Source of the DNA: the human T2T-CHM13v2.0 reference genome, Homo sapiens
Strand: one strand, 5' to 3'
DNA: 64,000 nucleotides
Assembly: GCF_009914755.1 (NCBI RefSeq)
Contig: NC_060927.1
In this document: positions 1-15,390 of the stretch, one piece after another
Numbering within the stretch: position 1 is the first letter of the stretch
Layout of the letters: each line of letters begins with the position of its first letter
Translations under genes and position numbers: made by a program
The notes under the pieces: generated by a model
Told to the model about the DNA's origin: nothing
Seen by the model: the letters and a program-made list of their open reading frames with translations, nothing else
Databases searched by the model: none

Positions 1-407
1 AAACATGATACCTGAATGTCTCTTTTCGTTCGTTTCCACAAGAAATTCATCTGCATCATGCATTTGCTAATAAGATGATTATCTAAAGTTGAGAGAGCTA
101 CAGTATGGTGTCACATCTTGAAACATAAGTGTTCCTGTCATCTTGTTTGCTTTCCCTCCCCACTTCCAGCCTCCATTACTGTAAATTCTTTTTCAATTAT
201 GCAGAGCAATTTGGCTCTCCCAAAACTTGATCAGACCCTCAAATGCTTAGCAAACTAAATGTCCTCTTGTCAGACTGACATATCTAGTAGCCAGCTGGGT
301 TATACATAGGTCCTACAAAGAGAAATTACATTTTATGTTGCAACACCAATGAGTGGTTTTGCATGGACACAATCTAATGAGAGGTCAGGTAACCTTCCTT
401 TATAATG

Positions 408-438
<31 letters not shown>

Positions 439-1000
439 GCATTAGAGTAGGTGAACCTTTTAGGAAGGGAAATGACAAATATTTCCAGAGCAGACTTGCT
501 TTTTTGTTTTTGTAAGGGGCTAAGGCTTTACCCTGGTCTCAGTGCAGGTTGTAAAAAGAACATGGGTCTTAGAACCCCAAGATCTCTGACAATTGGCAAA
601 AGTGTCATCTTAGATAAGTTGCCTATTCACACTGAGTCCCATGTCCCTGTTGCCAAATGAGAATACTAACACCTACTTCCATATTTGTTTGGAGGATTAG
701 AGGTAATATAAAGGGTCTAGTATGATTTCTGGCATAGAGTAGGTGTTAGGTGTTCATTACATGCTCTGCAATTGTTACATACTCCAACAAGATAGTGAAG
801 AACTCTGGGAGGCAGCACAAACACCTAGCGCATCCTTTGGGGTGGTTGCTGGGACTCTTGAGTGGAAAGTAACAATGAATGGAACTTTTGTCAAAGTGCT
901 GGGGGAAACAGAGGTGAATTTTCTGAAATGTTCAACTGGATTCTCACAAAGTAGTTCACTTACCAATGAAAAATCTTTGGTGATCTCAAATTCTTCATCT

Positions 1001-1308
1001 TATTTTATTATTTATTTTTTATTTATTAAGAGACAGAGTCTCATTCTGTCACACAGGCTGGAGTGCAGTGGTATGATCCCAGGTCCCTAAAGCCCCGAAC
1101 TGGGCACAAAGGATTCTCTTGACTCAGCCTTCTAAGTAGCTAACTACGGATGCATGCTACCATGCCCGGTGAATTTTTTTCTTAGAACGTTTTGTAGAGA
1201 CAGGGGTCTTGGTATGTTGTCCAGGCTGGTCTCAAATTCCTGGTCTCAAGCGACGTTCCCATCTCAGCTTCCCAAAGTGTTGGGGTTACATGAGCCATTG
1301 CACCTGGC
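1001..1308 (-). mobile_element. Old Alu (AluJ-like)
   Basis: Degenerate T-rich tail, caggctggagtgcagtgg, tcccaaagtgttgggg...tgagccattgcacctggc. Confidence 0.9.
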
Positions 1309-2356
1309 AGGTTATTCATCTTTTGATGTAACTTATTACACAGAATCTACTTGGCCTTGACTTTATGTAGTGGAAAGATATCCTAAAAGATCTCTTTAGA
1401 GCTAAAAACTCCCATTGGAGAAATCATAAAATCCTTGGAATGCAAACCCACCTGAATATCTGCAACAGATAAGGCTACAGCCTCTTTCTAGGACTTAGGG
1501 TCAAACTGAGGAGTGTTTTTCATATCTCTGTATCCATTGGGATTTGTGGGCATAAGAATTTTCTGATTTGTAACTTGAAGATGTTATACTCTATATGCAT
1601 CTTCCTCATTGCTATTGGTGTTATGTACAAGAAAGTTAAAACAAAATATACAGGACATTATCAGTCTGTCCTGAAAGAAAAGGAGTGTTTATTTCAGCTT
1701 CTTCTGACTTTACTCTTTATACGCATTGTTTCCAAAAATGTCTATGCCAAGTGAAGTTTTATATGGAAAAATAAAAAAATTTTATTGGCTTCTATAAAAC
1801 TTTCAGATAGATATTCATATAGAAAAAATTGCCCTTGTAATGAAACAGCTACAAGAAAAACTAAGGTAGTGTAATTAAAAGATTAGTTTACATGTATTTA
1901 ATTTTTTACTGCAAGAAAATGCAATTAAGAGGACAATTAATTTACATAACCAGTTTATATTACATTAAAAGCCCCTATACAGGCAGGTCCATGGTACAGT
2001 GAAATTTAAGTTTGATTGTCTATTGAGCTTCATGATTCTCTTTGGAACCTGACGGCCCATGTACAGATAATTGGAAGAACTTGTTGGCTGAAGGAGCCCT
2101 TGTATCAGAAAATTGCAGAGCCTCTAAGTTCTACTTATCTCCTCAGGGCCCAGGGCCACTTGTTTCACCCCACTTGCCACCTGATCTGCCAACCAGTAAA
2201 GGTGGGGTATGCCCATCTGTGGAAGTAGAGACCAAGTTTCCCCATGTGCGGGATTGCTTTAGCTCCTGAAGTGTGAAGCACCACGGGACCTGCTCTTTGG
2301 CCAGGTACATATAACCTAGACATGGAGGGAAGTTAGCCCTATTTTTGATAATGTGA

Positions 2357-2685
<329 letters not shown>

Positions 2686-3650
2686 TCACTTTAGTTCATA
2701 TGGCCCCTTAGAAGATGGTCTTACACAATTGAGTACTCAGTTGTGTTTGTTTGGTACTAAGTGTGGCCAACTTAGCAAAGCACTTTATATTTATTCTCTT
2801 TTCTTCTATGCCTCATTCACTTTTGCCTCCACTCCTTCCTTGGGTGCTATAATGCCTAATAAAATTGCAGCATGAACTTTGCTTTCTGGGGAACCTAGGC
2901 TAAGGCAATTCTCTTCTCATTTTAATATAGCCTCCAGGCAATATCACTGTATAGATACAGACTTCATTTATGATTTCATCAGTGTATGGTGTAGGTAGAT
3001 TGTCTTTAAAGAGTATAACATGGCACTTTTCATCAAGTAGTCAGTGAATTCTCTTGAGATACATGCTCAAATGGTATCTGTAACATTCTGCATTTCAGTA
3101 GTTCTACTAAGTTTTGCTTTGGTTTAGACACCATTTAATGTGTCAGAATTTGTGTACATAAACCTGATGACAATTCCCCTTATTTACAAAGCTATGGTGC
3201 CCTGAGTGTCTAAACATAAAAACCAGAGTGAGCTGTCATCTTGAGGGTGGAGAAGCAAACCAACTTTGTCCTCTGGCTTCTCTTCATAGATTATTAGACT
3301 TTTCCAGGTTTGTGACATGACAACAGCTTCTGGCTTTGCCTGTGTAAAGGGGTTAAGAATTGTACCTAGCTGGAATATATATGTTCCAGCTCTCCACAAT
3401 AAATGAATCCAGTAATTTCTTGGAGGAGGGAAATATGTTCATTAGGAGGAAGTTGGGAGGTACATAATGTAGACAAGAGATAAATATATAAAGGTTAATC
3501 TTAGTCATTTGAATATAGAGTGGAAAAACTCAGAAAATAGTACTCTGAACTGATCTAGCCTAGGGAAATAATGATGCTTGCCCCATCTTACCTGAACTGG
3601 TGTTTTCACGAACCAGGAAGAATGCGATCAAACACTTTCTTTGGAAGGTG

Positions 3651-3656
3651 TTTATT
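3651..3656 (-). terminator. Distal polyadenylation signal AATAAA
   Basis: tttatt on plus; downstream AAAGTGTTTGAT on minus. Confidence 0.7.
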
Positions 3657-3789
3657 TGGTTCATGTCCTGGCCAAATAAAAACTTGGAGATGAGCTTCCT
3701 CTGTGTGAAGGAGAACCGCTTGCTGTACTGAAATGGGATGTTGTTTTAGATTTACCTTTGGTGTGGGCACTGGTTGCTTTTGCTTGCCC

Positions 3790-4322
3790 ACCATTCTCTT
3801 CCACTTATAGCAGCAAGACTTAGAATTTTCTTTCAGGAATCATCTTGCCTCAACTCTCAGTCCATAGTTTAGATGAAGCTGACTGTCCCTCTTTCCCCTC
3901 ACCCAGTTCCAGGATTCCTGAGGATAAGGTTGGTTATGCATCTGTTTTCCTCACCACAGTGATTGGCTCAGGAATGGGCACATGACTGAACTTGGGCCAG
4001 TGAGAATTAGGCCAGAATTTTCATTAGAATTGTTGGAGAAAAGAAATTCTCCTTTCACTATATTTGGAGCTGTAAAGCTCATCCTGGAGCTATTGGAGGC
4101 CACCGTAAGGTGAAAGGCCATGTGAATGTTAAGTCTACATGAATGACAAAAAAAGGAGCTTCCTGAGAATACTGAGTAAGTGCACCCAGATCCAGCCATG
4201 CCTGAAGCTTTGGTATGCAATACCCTAGATCCCAGATATTAAAGTCAATAATTAGCTTTCTGCTTAAGCCAGTTTGAGTTAGCTTTTTGTTACTTGTCAT
4301 AGAAAGAATCTCAATTAACATG
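3790..4322 (+). mobile_element. MLT1-type LTR remnant inside the distal 3'UTR
   Basis: MLT1-like 3' end gcttaagccagtttgagttagctttttgttacttg...aattaaca; left edge approximate. Confidence 0.65.
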
Positions 4323-4567
4323 TGTTCAGGGCAACAGAGATTGAGATATATGTTGGCAGCTGATGTTAACATAATTCCGTTAGTAATATTCCTGAATAAT
4401 TTGAGATGAGAAGATGAATGTTGTCCTTGAGCTGCAAAACTTCACCTCTCTCCTCCCTTCATCTTTGTGGCCCCTTCCAAAGAGGTAACCCCCCATCAGC
4501 ATTTTACTTAGTTTCTTCTCTCCCTCCATAGTTTCTTCTCAAGTAAATTTGCTTATTCTAGTAGATG

Positions 4568-4573
4568 TTTATT
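4568..4573 (-). terminator. More proximal polyadenylation signal AATAAA
   Basis: tttatt on plus, at the distal end of the AU-rich UTR block. Confidence 0.6.
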
Positions 4574-5454
4574 TATGAAATAAATGTCCTTACATCCGTG
4601 GTTCCGTCTTTTGGCAGCAGCTGAAGTGAGAAGAGCAGGCAACTCTTTGCCTATGTAGAAAATAATAATATTTAAAGAAAGAGACAGGAAAATATATCTG
4701 TTATAAGCTTTTTCTTTTTTAGAATTTAAGCTTATGAGTTTATCTACGCCCACTATATTCATAATTACAGTTTTATATCTGCATACAAAAGCTATGTAAA
4801 AATCCATTTTTCCCAAATATACAAATTTTTTTTGGATAGTTTAAAACATTTTGATCACAGATTTCAACAGAGTTTTAGGCTGAAAAAAATATCACCATCT
4901 AGCAATATCACTTAACACTGTTTGCAAAACACAAATCTTCCAATGACTGTAAATCTTTTTCTATTCTGTAGTATTTTTCTGATTCTCAGGGCATGAAAAC
5001 ATTATGGGAAAAAAAAGGATTTTCTACGAAGAAAGCATGGAGAACTAATTTGGCTCTATGGTCAAATTAAAAATGCCAAGTTAATAAGGGAGAACCAAAA
5101 GAAAGAAGTGGCATAATGTCACATCAGCTCATTCATGCCCTGATAATTTCTGTATCAACAATACATATGTAAAGTGTCTCCTTTTGTCTTACATTGTGCT
5201 CCATAATTTACATGAGTATTATCTGCATCCTGAGGAGGACAGATTTATATTTGATTGTCTTGTGCATAGGGTGGGTCAGCTTTAACTGTGCAACAGAAAG
5301 CCACAAACAGCGTTTTACCTGCACAATATTGCTCTTGAAGGCGGCATTAATTAATGTGGAAACACACTATAAATGCACACTTTTCGCATTTGCAAACATT
5401 TATACAGCACAGTAAAAATTCTGTGATAAGGCCAAACCTTTTTTCCCCCAGTCT

Positions 5455-5456
<2 letters not shown>

Positions 5457-5486
<30 letters not shown>
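5457..5486 (-). repeat. Genomic A30 tract in the 3'UTR
   Basis: T30 on plus. Other long poly-T runs at ~410-438 and 15351-15387. Confidence 0.97.
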
Positions 5487-5487
<1 letters not shown>

Positions 5488-8400
5488 AGTGTGTTTTTAA
5501 TGCATTTTTTTTAAAGATTAAAGTAAAATGTCTCAATTGTAAAAAATACACACCGGGCAAATCCTTACCTGGATAATAAATATCTACATCACAGTACAAT
5601 AAAATTTCTTCTCTATAAAATTTAAATATGGATTATAGTCTATCACTATCAAAAGAAACACTATGCTAATATTTCCATATTATTAAAATAACAGGAAAAA
5701 TTACGAGCTTATTTTAGAACCTGATGCCATAGCCGTTGGAAAGGGCAAAGAGATTCAAATGTCGATCATCACTCTCCATTTGAGGAGGAACTGTGGCTTG
5801 GTTATTCACTTAAATTCAGTTCATGAAAAAGGTTTAGCCTTACAAATGCTGGCTACATTTCAAAAACTGTAAGACTGATTTCATAATTTATGACTCATGC
5901 AGCAAAAGGTCAATATGACACGAATAGGTTAGAGTTCCATAGAATAAAAAGGTATCACTGACAATGACATGCTTCAAGGGTGCTCAGCGGTTCCTTGGAG
6001 GCTGAGTCTGTGGGGGGCTTAGTGTCGAGGAGGGGCCAGGGCTTGTACCCCTGTTCATGGAGGAGCAACAAGAACGGCGTTGCTGGCACAGAGCGAAGGC
6101 CTGGCAGTCCACCCCAGGCCTGCACTGCACACTGAAGAGCTGTCGCCCGGGGCACAGGTGAGGGGCTTCGCTGGGCTGAGGCATCAACAGGTCAAGCGCG
6201 TCATTGAGGACCGAGGCTCTAGAAAAAGCTCTGAGGCGGCACGTGGTGTTTTGAGCAGAATCATAAAGAAGAAAACATCTTACTTTTTTCATTGTTTCTG
6301 GAAATACTGCACGTCTAAATTGAGCAAAGTACACTTGAGGGTCACACACGCACGCGCATACACTCACACGCACACACGCCCCACACCGCTCATCCCTAAA
6401 AGGGAAGTGATTTATAAATACAAATCCCAGCATAATGGGTGTGTTCTCCTCTACTGAGACGTCTCCCTGCCGAGGGGGTGGGAGCGCAGGTGTGAAGGGT
6501 ATCTCCATCAGGTCCACACTGGATTTGCAAGTCTGGACAATAGATGAAAAAATGTTTAGAAAAATCTAGAGCAAATCCCTCACAAATGAGTTTTATGAGA
6601 TGGAGTCTTGAGATGCACTAAGTACCTCTGTCAGCTTCAGAAGGAAGGAGTTTAGTTTCAGAGTCATTATCTTTTGAGTCCTATGGCCTTTCCTTTCAAC
6701 CTGAAGGTGGGCTAAGGCTTGTCCTACTCCGCATGAAGTATTCAGCCTTCAACGAGATTTCCAGACCAGCAGTTTGCCTATTGAAGGCAATCAATCATTT
6801 AAGGTGCCAAGGATCAAACGTTCCTTTACTTGCGGCTGGCTGGATGGCTGTTTATATGCCATACTATTTGGCCAATTCTCGATCATGGTTAGTCCCCAAA
6901 GCATTCTGATTTAGCTTGAGATCAGGCTCTGAACTTATATTCAAATCTGGGTGTCTGATGTACTGAGGACCCTGTCAAACAAAATGAGGAAACTTTCCCC
7001 AGAAGGCCTGACGCTGCAGGACCCTGCCTGCTTGCCTTCCTCTCATTCCCTTTGGAAAGAAAGCTTGCCCCAGACAGCAGAGCTTCTCAGGGTTACCCTG
7101 GAGCACAGAGGTGGCTAAGTGTTTGTCTTCCAAAGAGCGGTTGGTTCCTCAAGGAGTCAAGAGAGGAAGCTGAAATATTAGCAGAGCAAGCAATTAAGGA
7201 GCCTGGCCAGAGGCTGCCTAGACAAAACCAAACCCCAAAACAATCTGTCTGTAGATAAAGCAGGTAATCTGCCAATGAATTTCGTGCTTATAATTGTAAA
7301 TCTTTTCACTTCCTTTCTCTGGGTAACAAGTTCCATAGCAATGTTCTTGTTTCCTTTTTCCCAGAAGCCAGTACAATTGCTTTCATGCATTGAATATTTA
7401 ATTCCCCGCTCCCAGATAATTTCCAATCATACTTGGAATTTTCAGTGCTGTTCCTCTTCTTTTTCCAAGGCCTCTAAATGGTTGACTAGTATTGTGTCAA
7501 ATTATTATTTCGAGCCAATAACAAATTTACGTTCCTTAACTGTTAAGTGGGCCATACTTCTTGTCTAATAAAGTTAGGAATTTAAGTGTTAAAAAAAAAT
7601 AATTAAAGGAACCAGATTTTTTTTTTCCCCTTGAAATTCAGACAATATTAAGGGCAGGAAGGGTTTTAGAGATCATGACTTATTCACCAGGTAAGAAAAC
7701 CAAGACCTAGAATTACAAATCTACCAGTTGACAGAGCACGAACTAGAACTCAGGCACCCAGACTTCTGGGCCAGTTATGCTCCACCAAACTTACAAAAAG
7801 CATCTACTTGGTTTCCATAGTGACTTTCCTTCCTTTGTTTTTAGGTAAATCTCACTGATATGGCTTATTTTCCCCAATATTTCCAGGATAAGGCAGTAAA
7901 AGGTAGGCAAAGGAATAGTTTATATCTACTATGCCAGTGGAGAATGAGATACATTCAATTGCATGGGTACATTCTATGCCCATTTTCTGACGCTGAAGAG
8001 ATGAAGTGTCACCGTTTGTTTTCTGGGCACAAGCTATTCTAGCATGGGCCGTTGGGGAGGCAGGTTGGGCAGGAAAGTTAAGTGTGCACATGGTCTGCAG
8101 GTGTTTTCTATTGAGTATCTGTCAGGGTATGCTATGAGAGGGACAGGAGGGTCAGTGGCAGGGCCAGTCTCTGTTTAGAGATAGTCAAGCTATTTAGTTC
8201 CTCAGAGTCAGAGGGAAAAAGGGGACTAGGAGACATTTGTCAATGAGGCAAGGAGCTTGAGGATCTAACCAGGAGGAAGCGTCCTCCAGCCATCAGGACA
8301 CAAAGGGGCCCTCAGAACACTGCATTTCCTTCAACTCAGAATGTAGCTGCACTAATCTCGCCTCAGCATTTCTCCAGAAGAAGACTGAAGTTTCACCGTA

Positions 8401-9366
8401 TCTTTCCTTGATTAGAATATTTGATCCATAGAGAAATCTGTTGTCAGCTCAGCAAAGATACAACCTGGATAAAGAACTTCAGGAGCTTGGGAGATGACAG
8501 ATCAGATGCCACAGAAAAGGGGTGCCACCCTGTAAATAGGTTTGATTTCTGTAAAAGTGTTCTCTGAGCCTAAATGGGAAAGAAGCCTTCCTACTGTGAG
8601 GTAATACTATGTGAATTTTTGGAAACCATGCAGTCAGTGACATTGGTGAAGATTTCTAATTTCTCTGGGCTCACTGAAAAAAAATATTTTCCTTGTCGGC
8701 CTCCATCAGTCAATACCTGCACATCCTTGAGTCACACCTTTGTATAACTTGAATTAAACCATAAGGTTATAAAAATGATATTGGAAGGGCAGCTGATTTT
8801 TTTAGGACACAAATATTCCTGTACATTCCAAGTTATGCTCCTAGGAGACCATAAAGAGTGCTGCAAACAGCATGCTCTTGAATAGATGAAAATTTGTTCG
8901 AGTCTTTCCCTACAAGGCTGAAAGCCACATCTAACTAAAGGTGGTCTGTGCTCTGCTAACTTCAGCCCTGCGAACATCAGGATTGGGTGGAGGTGGTCGT
9001 ATTATCTTGGTTTTAAGGCTTCTTTAGTGTCCTGTGGCGCCATTTTGCTGACTCAAGTCTTGGACCAGGGACGGGTGGGAGCTGGTGATGCTTGGTGCTG
9101 GTGAGTTAATGATTGTCCCCCACCCCACCTCCACAACCATAAAACCTTCAGAGCATTCACATCACAGGACCGGAGAACGAAATGCAATAGTTTCAAGTAC
9201 CCGCATTCAAGGGGCAATTTCATCCATGTCTATGCCAAGGACTACTTCCCTTTTCCCTCCCAAATAATCCCTCCCAACACAAAGAAACAAACAAAAAAGA
9301 GCTAGGCAATGGAATGAAATGACACCCAGTAGTGCTGTAGGAATTATGAGAATGAATCCAGTCAGT

Positions 9367-10173
<807 letters not shown>

Positions 10174-12109
10174 TTAGTAAAATTGCTACCAGTAGCAGCC
10201 TTGTATTAGTCATGATTTTGGAATTGAAATGAAAAGGGGAGGGGAGCTGTGCCAGAGTCACCCCATGCAGAGAAGAGAACAGCTATAGTGGGAGCTGGAG
10301 TGAGAAGACACCGGGACCCTGGAAAGCCCAGCAAATCTTCCCAAGTCCTGTGCAGACTACTGGGCTTCCCATAGTATGTGGGAGAGGCTCAAGTCAGTTT
10401 CCAAAAGTGGCAAACAAAGGGGTGACACAAGGAGGCTGGGCAACTGGGGAATAGTTGGGCTGCAGACACTTGGCTGACAAAAATAATCTATAAACCCGGA
10501 TGAATTCCTCAAATAGCTCCAGGAGGCCCAACGTGCCCCTGCTAAGTTCTCTTCAGTTTGTTCTTTGTGGCTCTGATCAAATGAATTCACACTTCAAAGG
10601 TCCAATTATTGAGGTGTCTGTATCAATAGGAATCGAAACAGGGTTCTGCTTCATTGGAAAGGAAGGATCAGGGCTAATGTCTCAATTCACCCTTCTGAGT
10701 CTAAACAAACTAACAAACCATATGGGCTTTTGGAATCCCCTATTTAGCACAAATGGCAATTCGTGCATTTTTATCTTGTGTTTTCCTTCATATTTGATGA
10801 AGCTGCTCTGCAGATTTGCTGGTTCTCCCTCTCTCCCTTTCCCCTATCTTCTCTCTTTCTTTGAGTGTGCAAGAATTTTCCACAGGATCCTTTAATTTTT
10901 GACCCAAATAGAAGATCAACATATTATTGCTTTGGATGTGTTCTTTCAAAGGGAAAAATATAATGTGGGTTTTGTGGCATCAAAGAGATAAAGACGAGAT
11001 GGCCACGTAAATGACATAGCGAGTACAAATTGACATTTTGATGATGCTTGAATCACACTGAACAGGTTTATGAAGAGAGAAACATTTTAAAGACTGAAGA
11101 CCATTTTAACTCCTTAAGACAAAAGTTCTTAAAGAAATGTCTTTCAGATCATTTTCATTTTTTCTCTTTGCACTGTGGGACCAAGGAACTTAGAAGTAGT
11201 GGCTCTTGGAAAAGTCTTTGAAGAAAAAGTCTAAGATATTGTGTAACCGAAATGGCACACAAAACATGGGGCTTAGAACATCAGGCCCCATGATAGAACT
11301 GGAGACTTGGGGCCCTGACACGCAGCTATCATTTGCCAAATGCACAATGTCTTGTAATATTTTTCTGGTCCTGGCAGTATTAATGAAGAGGGTCCACATC
11401 ACTGGGGAGGGTGGATTGTGAAAAGTTATTAAGTTGTCCTGTAGCTGTCAGGCAGTGTCAGCCTCACAACATGAGAGAACTGGGAAGAATCATTCAGTTT
11501 GGTGTTTGATAGTGTTTGGCATCACATTCACAGTTTTTGTCATCTCCACCTACTTTTCCTTTTATCTACCTTACTTAGATTATTTGCTTAATAATCTGTT
11601 AAACTGACCCACTACAGAGGAAACATCTTATTATTCAGTAATAAAAATCCATTTGACATAAATCAGAAGATAACCACAAAAATAGATGCATGGCAAAAGC
11701 CTTTGTTACTTTGGAGCTGAAGGTTCTGGCTGAACATTGCTCCTGAGATCCACTCTCTCTTTGTTAAAAAAGAAGGTAAGTGTCAAGAGAGGTGTTAAAG
11801 GCAGACTAGCACCACACCGAATCTCTCTCCTTGCCTTATTTGGAAGGAGATATAACCAGGAAGAAAACCGTCAGAGAAACAGCTTTCTCGTGGTGTGATT
11901 CAACATTATTTAAAACTGTCTTTGTACCTCTAAAATCTCAGCTAAAAAAATTACCATGAGTCCCTCCAGAAATATAATTCCCGTGTATGTAGCTTAATTT
12001 CTTCATTTTAAAGGTCACTGAAGTCCAGAGAAGCTAGGGGTCACCCAAAGTCACACAAGGAGTCCTTGGATAAGCTATAAATTTTATTTCTTTGAGACTA
12101 ATTCTCCTG

Positions 12110-12440
12110 AACGACTGTGGGCCCCATTTCTTGCTGGCTGTCACTGGAGACCACCCTCAGCCCTAGAGGTCATCTATAGCTCCTGTCATGGGAACTTTCC
12201 CCACATGGCGGTTTACTTCATGAAGCTGGCACGGAGAGTCCCTAGAGCAAGTCTGCCAGCAAGAGGGAATCTTAGATTATGTAATGTAATCACAAGGGGT
12301 GACATCAAATTTGCCATATTCTCTTGGCTAGAAGCAAGGTACAGGTCCTGCACACACTGAAGGACAGGAGATTATCCAAGGTGTGAACATTAGGAGGTGG
12401 TGGGGAGTGTAGGAGGCCGGTCTGGAGTCTGGGTGCCACA
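12110..12440 (-). mobile_element. MLT1-type LTR fragment
   Basis: gccatattctcttggctagaagcaaggtacaggtcc and terminal ...tgccaca motifs. Confidence 0.65.
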
Positions 12441-12593
12441 GTGTACATGGGAGTTCATTATGCTATTCTATCTGCTTACCCTTGAAATTTTCCATAATAA
12501 AAAGAATTCTTTCTTTCTTTTTTTAAAAGTCTGCCATATCTAAATTTCCTATAGTAAATACATTTCTAGATTAGCTTTAAAAAAAGAATTCTA

Positions 12594-12880
12594 GGCCAGG
12601 CGTGGTGGCTCATGCCTATAATCCCAGCACTTTAGGAGGCTGAGGTGAGAAGATCACTTGAGCCCAGGAGTTCAAGACCAGACTGGGCAACATAGTGAGA
12701 CCTGTTTCTCTCTACAAAACAATAAAAAATTAGCCAGGGGTGGTGGCGTGTGCTTGGAGAGGCTGAGGCAGGAGAATCTCCTAAGCCCAGCAGGTCAAGC
12801 CTGCGATGAGCTGTCTTTACACCACTGCACTCCAGCCTGGGCAACAGAGCAAGACCGTGTCTCAGGTTAAAAAAAAAAAA
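12594..12880 (+). mobile_element. AluJ-like element
   Basis: ggccaggcgtggtggctcatgcc...ttgagcccaggagttcaagaccagactgggcaacatag...A-tail. Confidence 0.95.
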
Positions 12881-13974
12881 TTTCCTACTGAGTTAACCAG
12901 GAAGCAGCAACTCTACAAAGAATTCTCGATGTACTTGTGACCGATATTTTATCCACATATTCAGCCATTTATCCAATAAGCATTTCTTGAATTCTATTGC
13001 ACACTGGCCTAGGTGCTGGATGTACAGTTAGACACATCTATGTCCTCAAAAAAAAGAAGTCCACAGGGACTTACGTGGACAAGTGAAGCAGGTAGTTACA
13101 GTGCAGAGTGACAAGTGCCAAACAAAGCACATCTACACTTGGGTGCCCTGAAAATGCAGAGGACTCTGAAACCACTTCTATTTAAAATTATCTTCCCTGA
13201 AAGGGTTTGATGTGTAGTGGCTTACAGACGGCTGCCCATTCTGTGCTATCCTCCCATCTACAGGGGGACCGTTGAGTCCTGGCTGGCACTCAGACTTGTT
13301 TGGGCCAATCCAGTGTGGATGAAGGGATCCTGTGTGATTTGAGACTGGGCCTCATGGGATCTGCAACTTCTGTTTTCGTGTGCTTGGGACTCTTTCTCTT
13401 GGAAATCAACAGCCAAGTAAGAAGTCCACCCTGCCGGAGGAAAGGCCGCATAGAGGGAGGCCTGAACCAGTGTTTGATGTCCCAGCTGAACTCCAGCCAT
13501 CTTGGATGTTTAAGCCACTAAGTTTTGGGTCGGTGTGCTATTTAGCAACAGATAACTAAAACTTCAGTTGTAGCTAAGCCATGAACAAATTCTAGCCTGC
13601 ATCCGCGGTTTCCACACACAGAACTTAACACACAATCGTGTGGTCACTCACATCCATATCTGGCATACCCCAAACCAGAAGGAGGCAGGTTTGGCCAAAG
13701 ACTACGAAGAGGGCTGCACAGTATCCACCAAAGGCGGATCACTTCGTAGAGTCTTTAAGATGGCTCCTTTGGCTTCTTTCTATCCTGGGACACTGCAAAA
13801 AGCATCAGACATCTGACGCCCCCCCTTTAAGTTCCCAGTCCACTGGCAAACCTGCAATTTCTTACTGAAGAAGAGTGAGCTATGTTTCTGAAGCTAAAGG
13901 GGGACTGAAAACTCAAGTGATTGGAATTAGCGCTAGACAAGCAAAAGCTCTTTGGATGCCCACTAACGAGTCTA

Positions 13975-14259
<285 letters not shown>

Positions 14260-15347
14260 TCATGTCAGCAAAGAACAAATGCAAAAATGCCAGTCAGGAA
14301 CAACATACAGTATCTTAAAAGCAATAGGAATAACCTTCTGTGATTAACATTTGTCCCGCATTCTTTGAGCCCATGGTTTTCCCTTCCCTACTTGGCTGCA
14401 GACTTTCGACAACCATTTTTCATACTCAAAGTTGACTGTAATCTTCACCAACTTTAACCTCAGGAGTTTGCATTGCTTTTATGACAGACACAGTTCTCCA
14501 ACTGCTATTACAGTCGTGTGTGAAACTGTGCTAATAACCCCTCAGTTTGGGGGTTTGTATTATAACTTCAACTGATAACTGCTTGAGAGCAGGGTTTATG
14601 TTAAACTCTCCATTTTTGTTTGTTTGGTTTTTTGTCTTGTAGCTTGAATAGGTAACAGCTTACCCTACTGTTTAGCTGGCAACTGGGCTTCCTTTTGGTT
14701 TTTGAAGCACGTTTGCTCTTGGAGCCTCTTGGCACAAAGCTAGAGGGTTGTTGGCAGAGATACATGTTGCCCATGAGGCCCAGAGATATAAGCTTCATCT
14801 AAAGTCACCCAGGGACTTGAAGGCAGAGGGGAGAGCAGAATTCAGACCTCCTGACTCCCAAGGTTGTGTTCTTCTCAGCACCTTAGACACAGGATTACTC
14901 AACACACTGGGTCTTTCTGCCAGTGTTGCAATCTCCTTTTAAGCTCATTTGGTTACCCTGTTAGTTAAGATTTGTGAGAATGTGGCAACGTTAATAATAA
15001 AAAATACCTTTGCTTATAGGCAAAATAAGAATTTTATTTTCTGGAAGGGGAGACTATTTAATTAAATGCCATTATCAAAGGAGTTTGGAAAGCTATTAGT
15101 AAATGGGTGTGTTTGATGAATTGGGCATCATGCCCAGATTTCCATGCATCACCTCATTTAATCTTCACAGCAGTACAATGAAGTAAATATTCTAATTCCA
15201 TATTACTTACAGATGTGGAAATCCAGGCACTGAGAGGGTAACAAGCTGGGTGGGGGCGGGGGTGGTCAAATGAATGTTTCATGGGTGAGGCTAGGATTTG
15301 AAACTGGATCTGTCAGAATCCAATGCCAAGAGAAGAAGGAAACATAA

Positions 15348-15390
<43 letters not shown>

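Larger units (their letters stand above)
3636..9366 (-). other. THRB: THRB 3'UTR (~5.7 kb; distal end approximate)
   Basis: Follows the stop codon, is poor in young repeats, has an AU-rich distal part, and ends ~15 nt past a minus-strand AATAAA that is followed by GU-rich sequence. Confidence 0.8.

Noticed and set aside
5984-6517. 177-aa ORF in the 3'UTR
   Set aside because: GTG start, GC-rich patch, no recognisable protein features.
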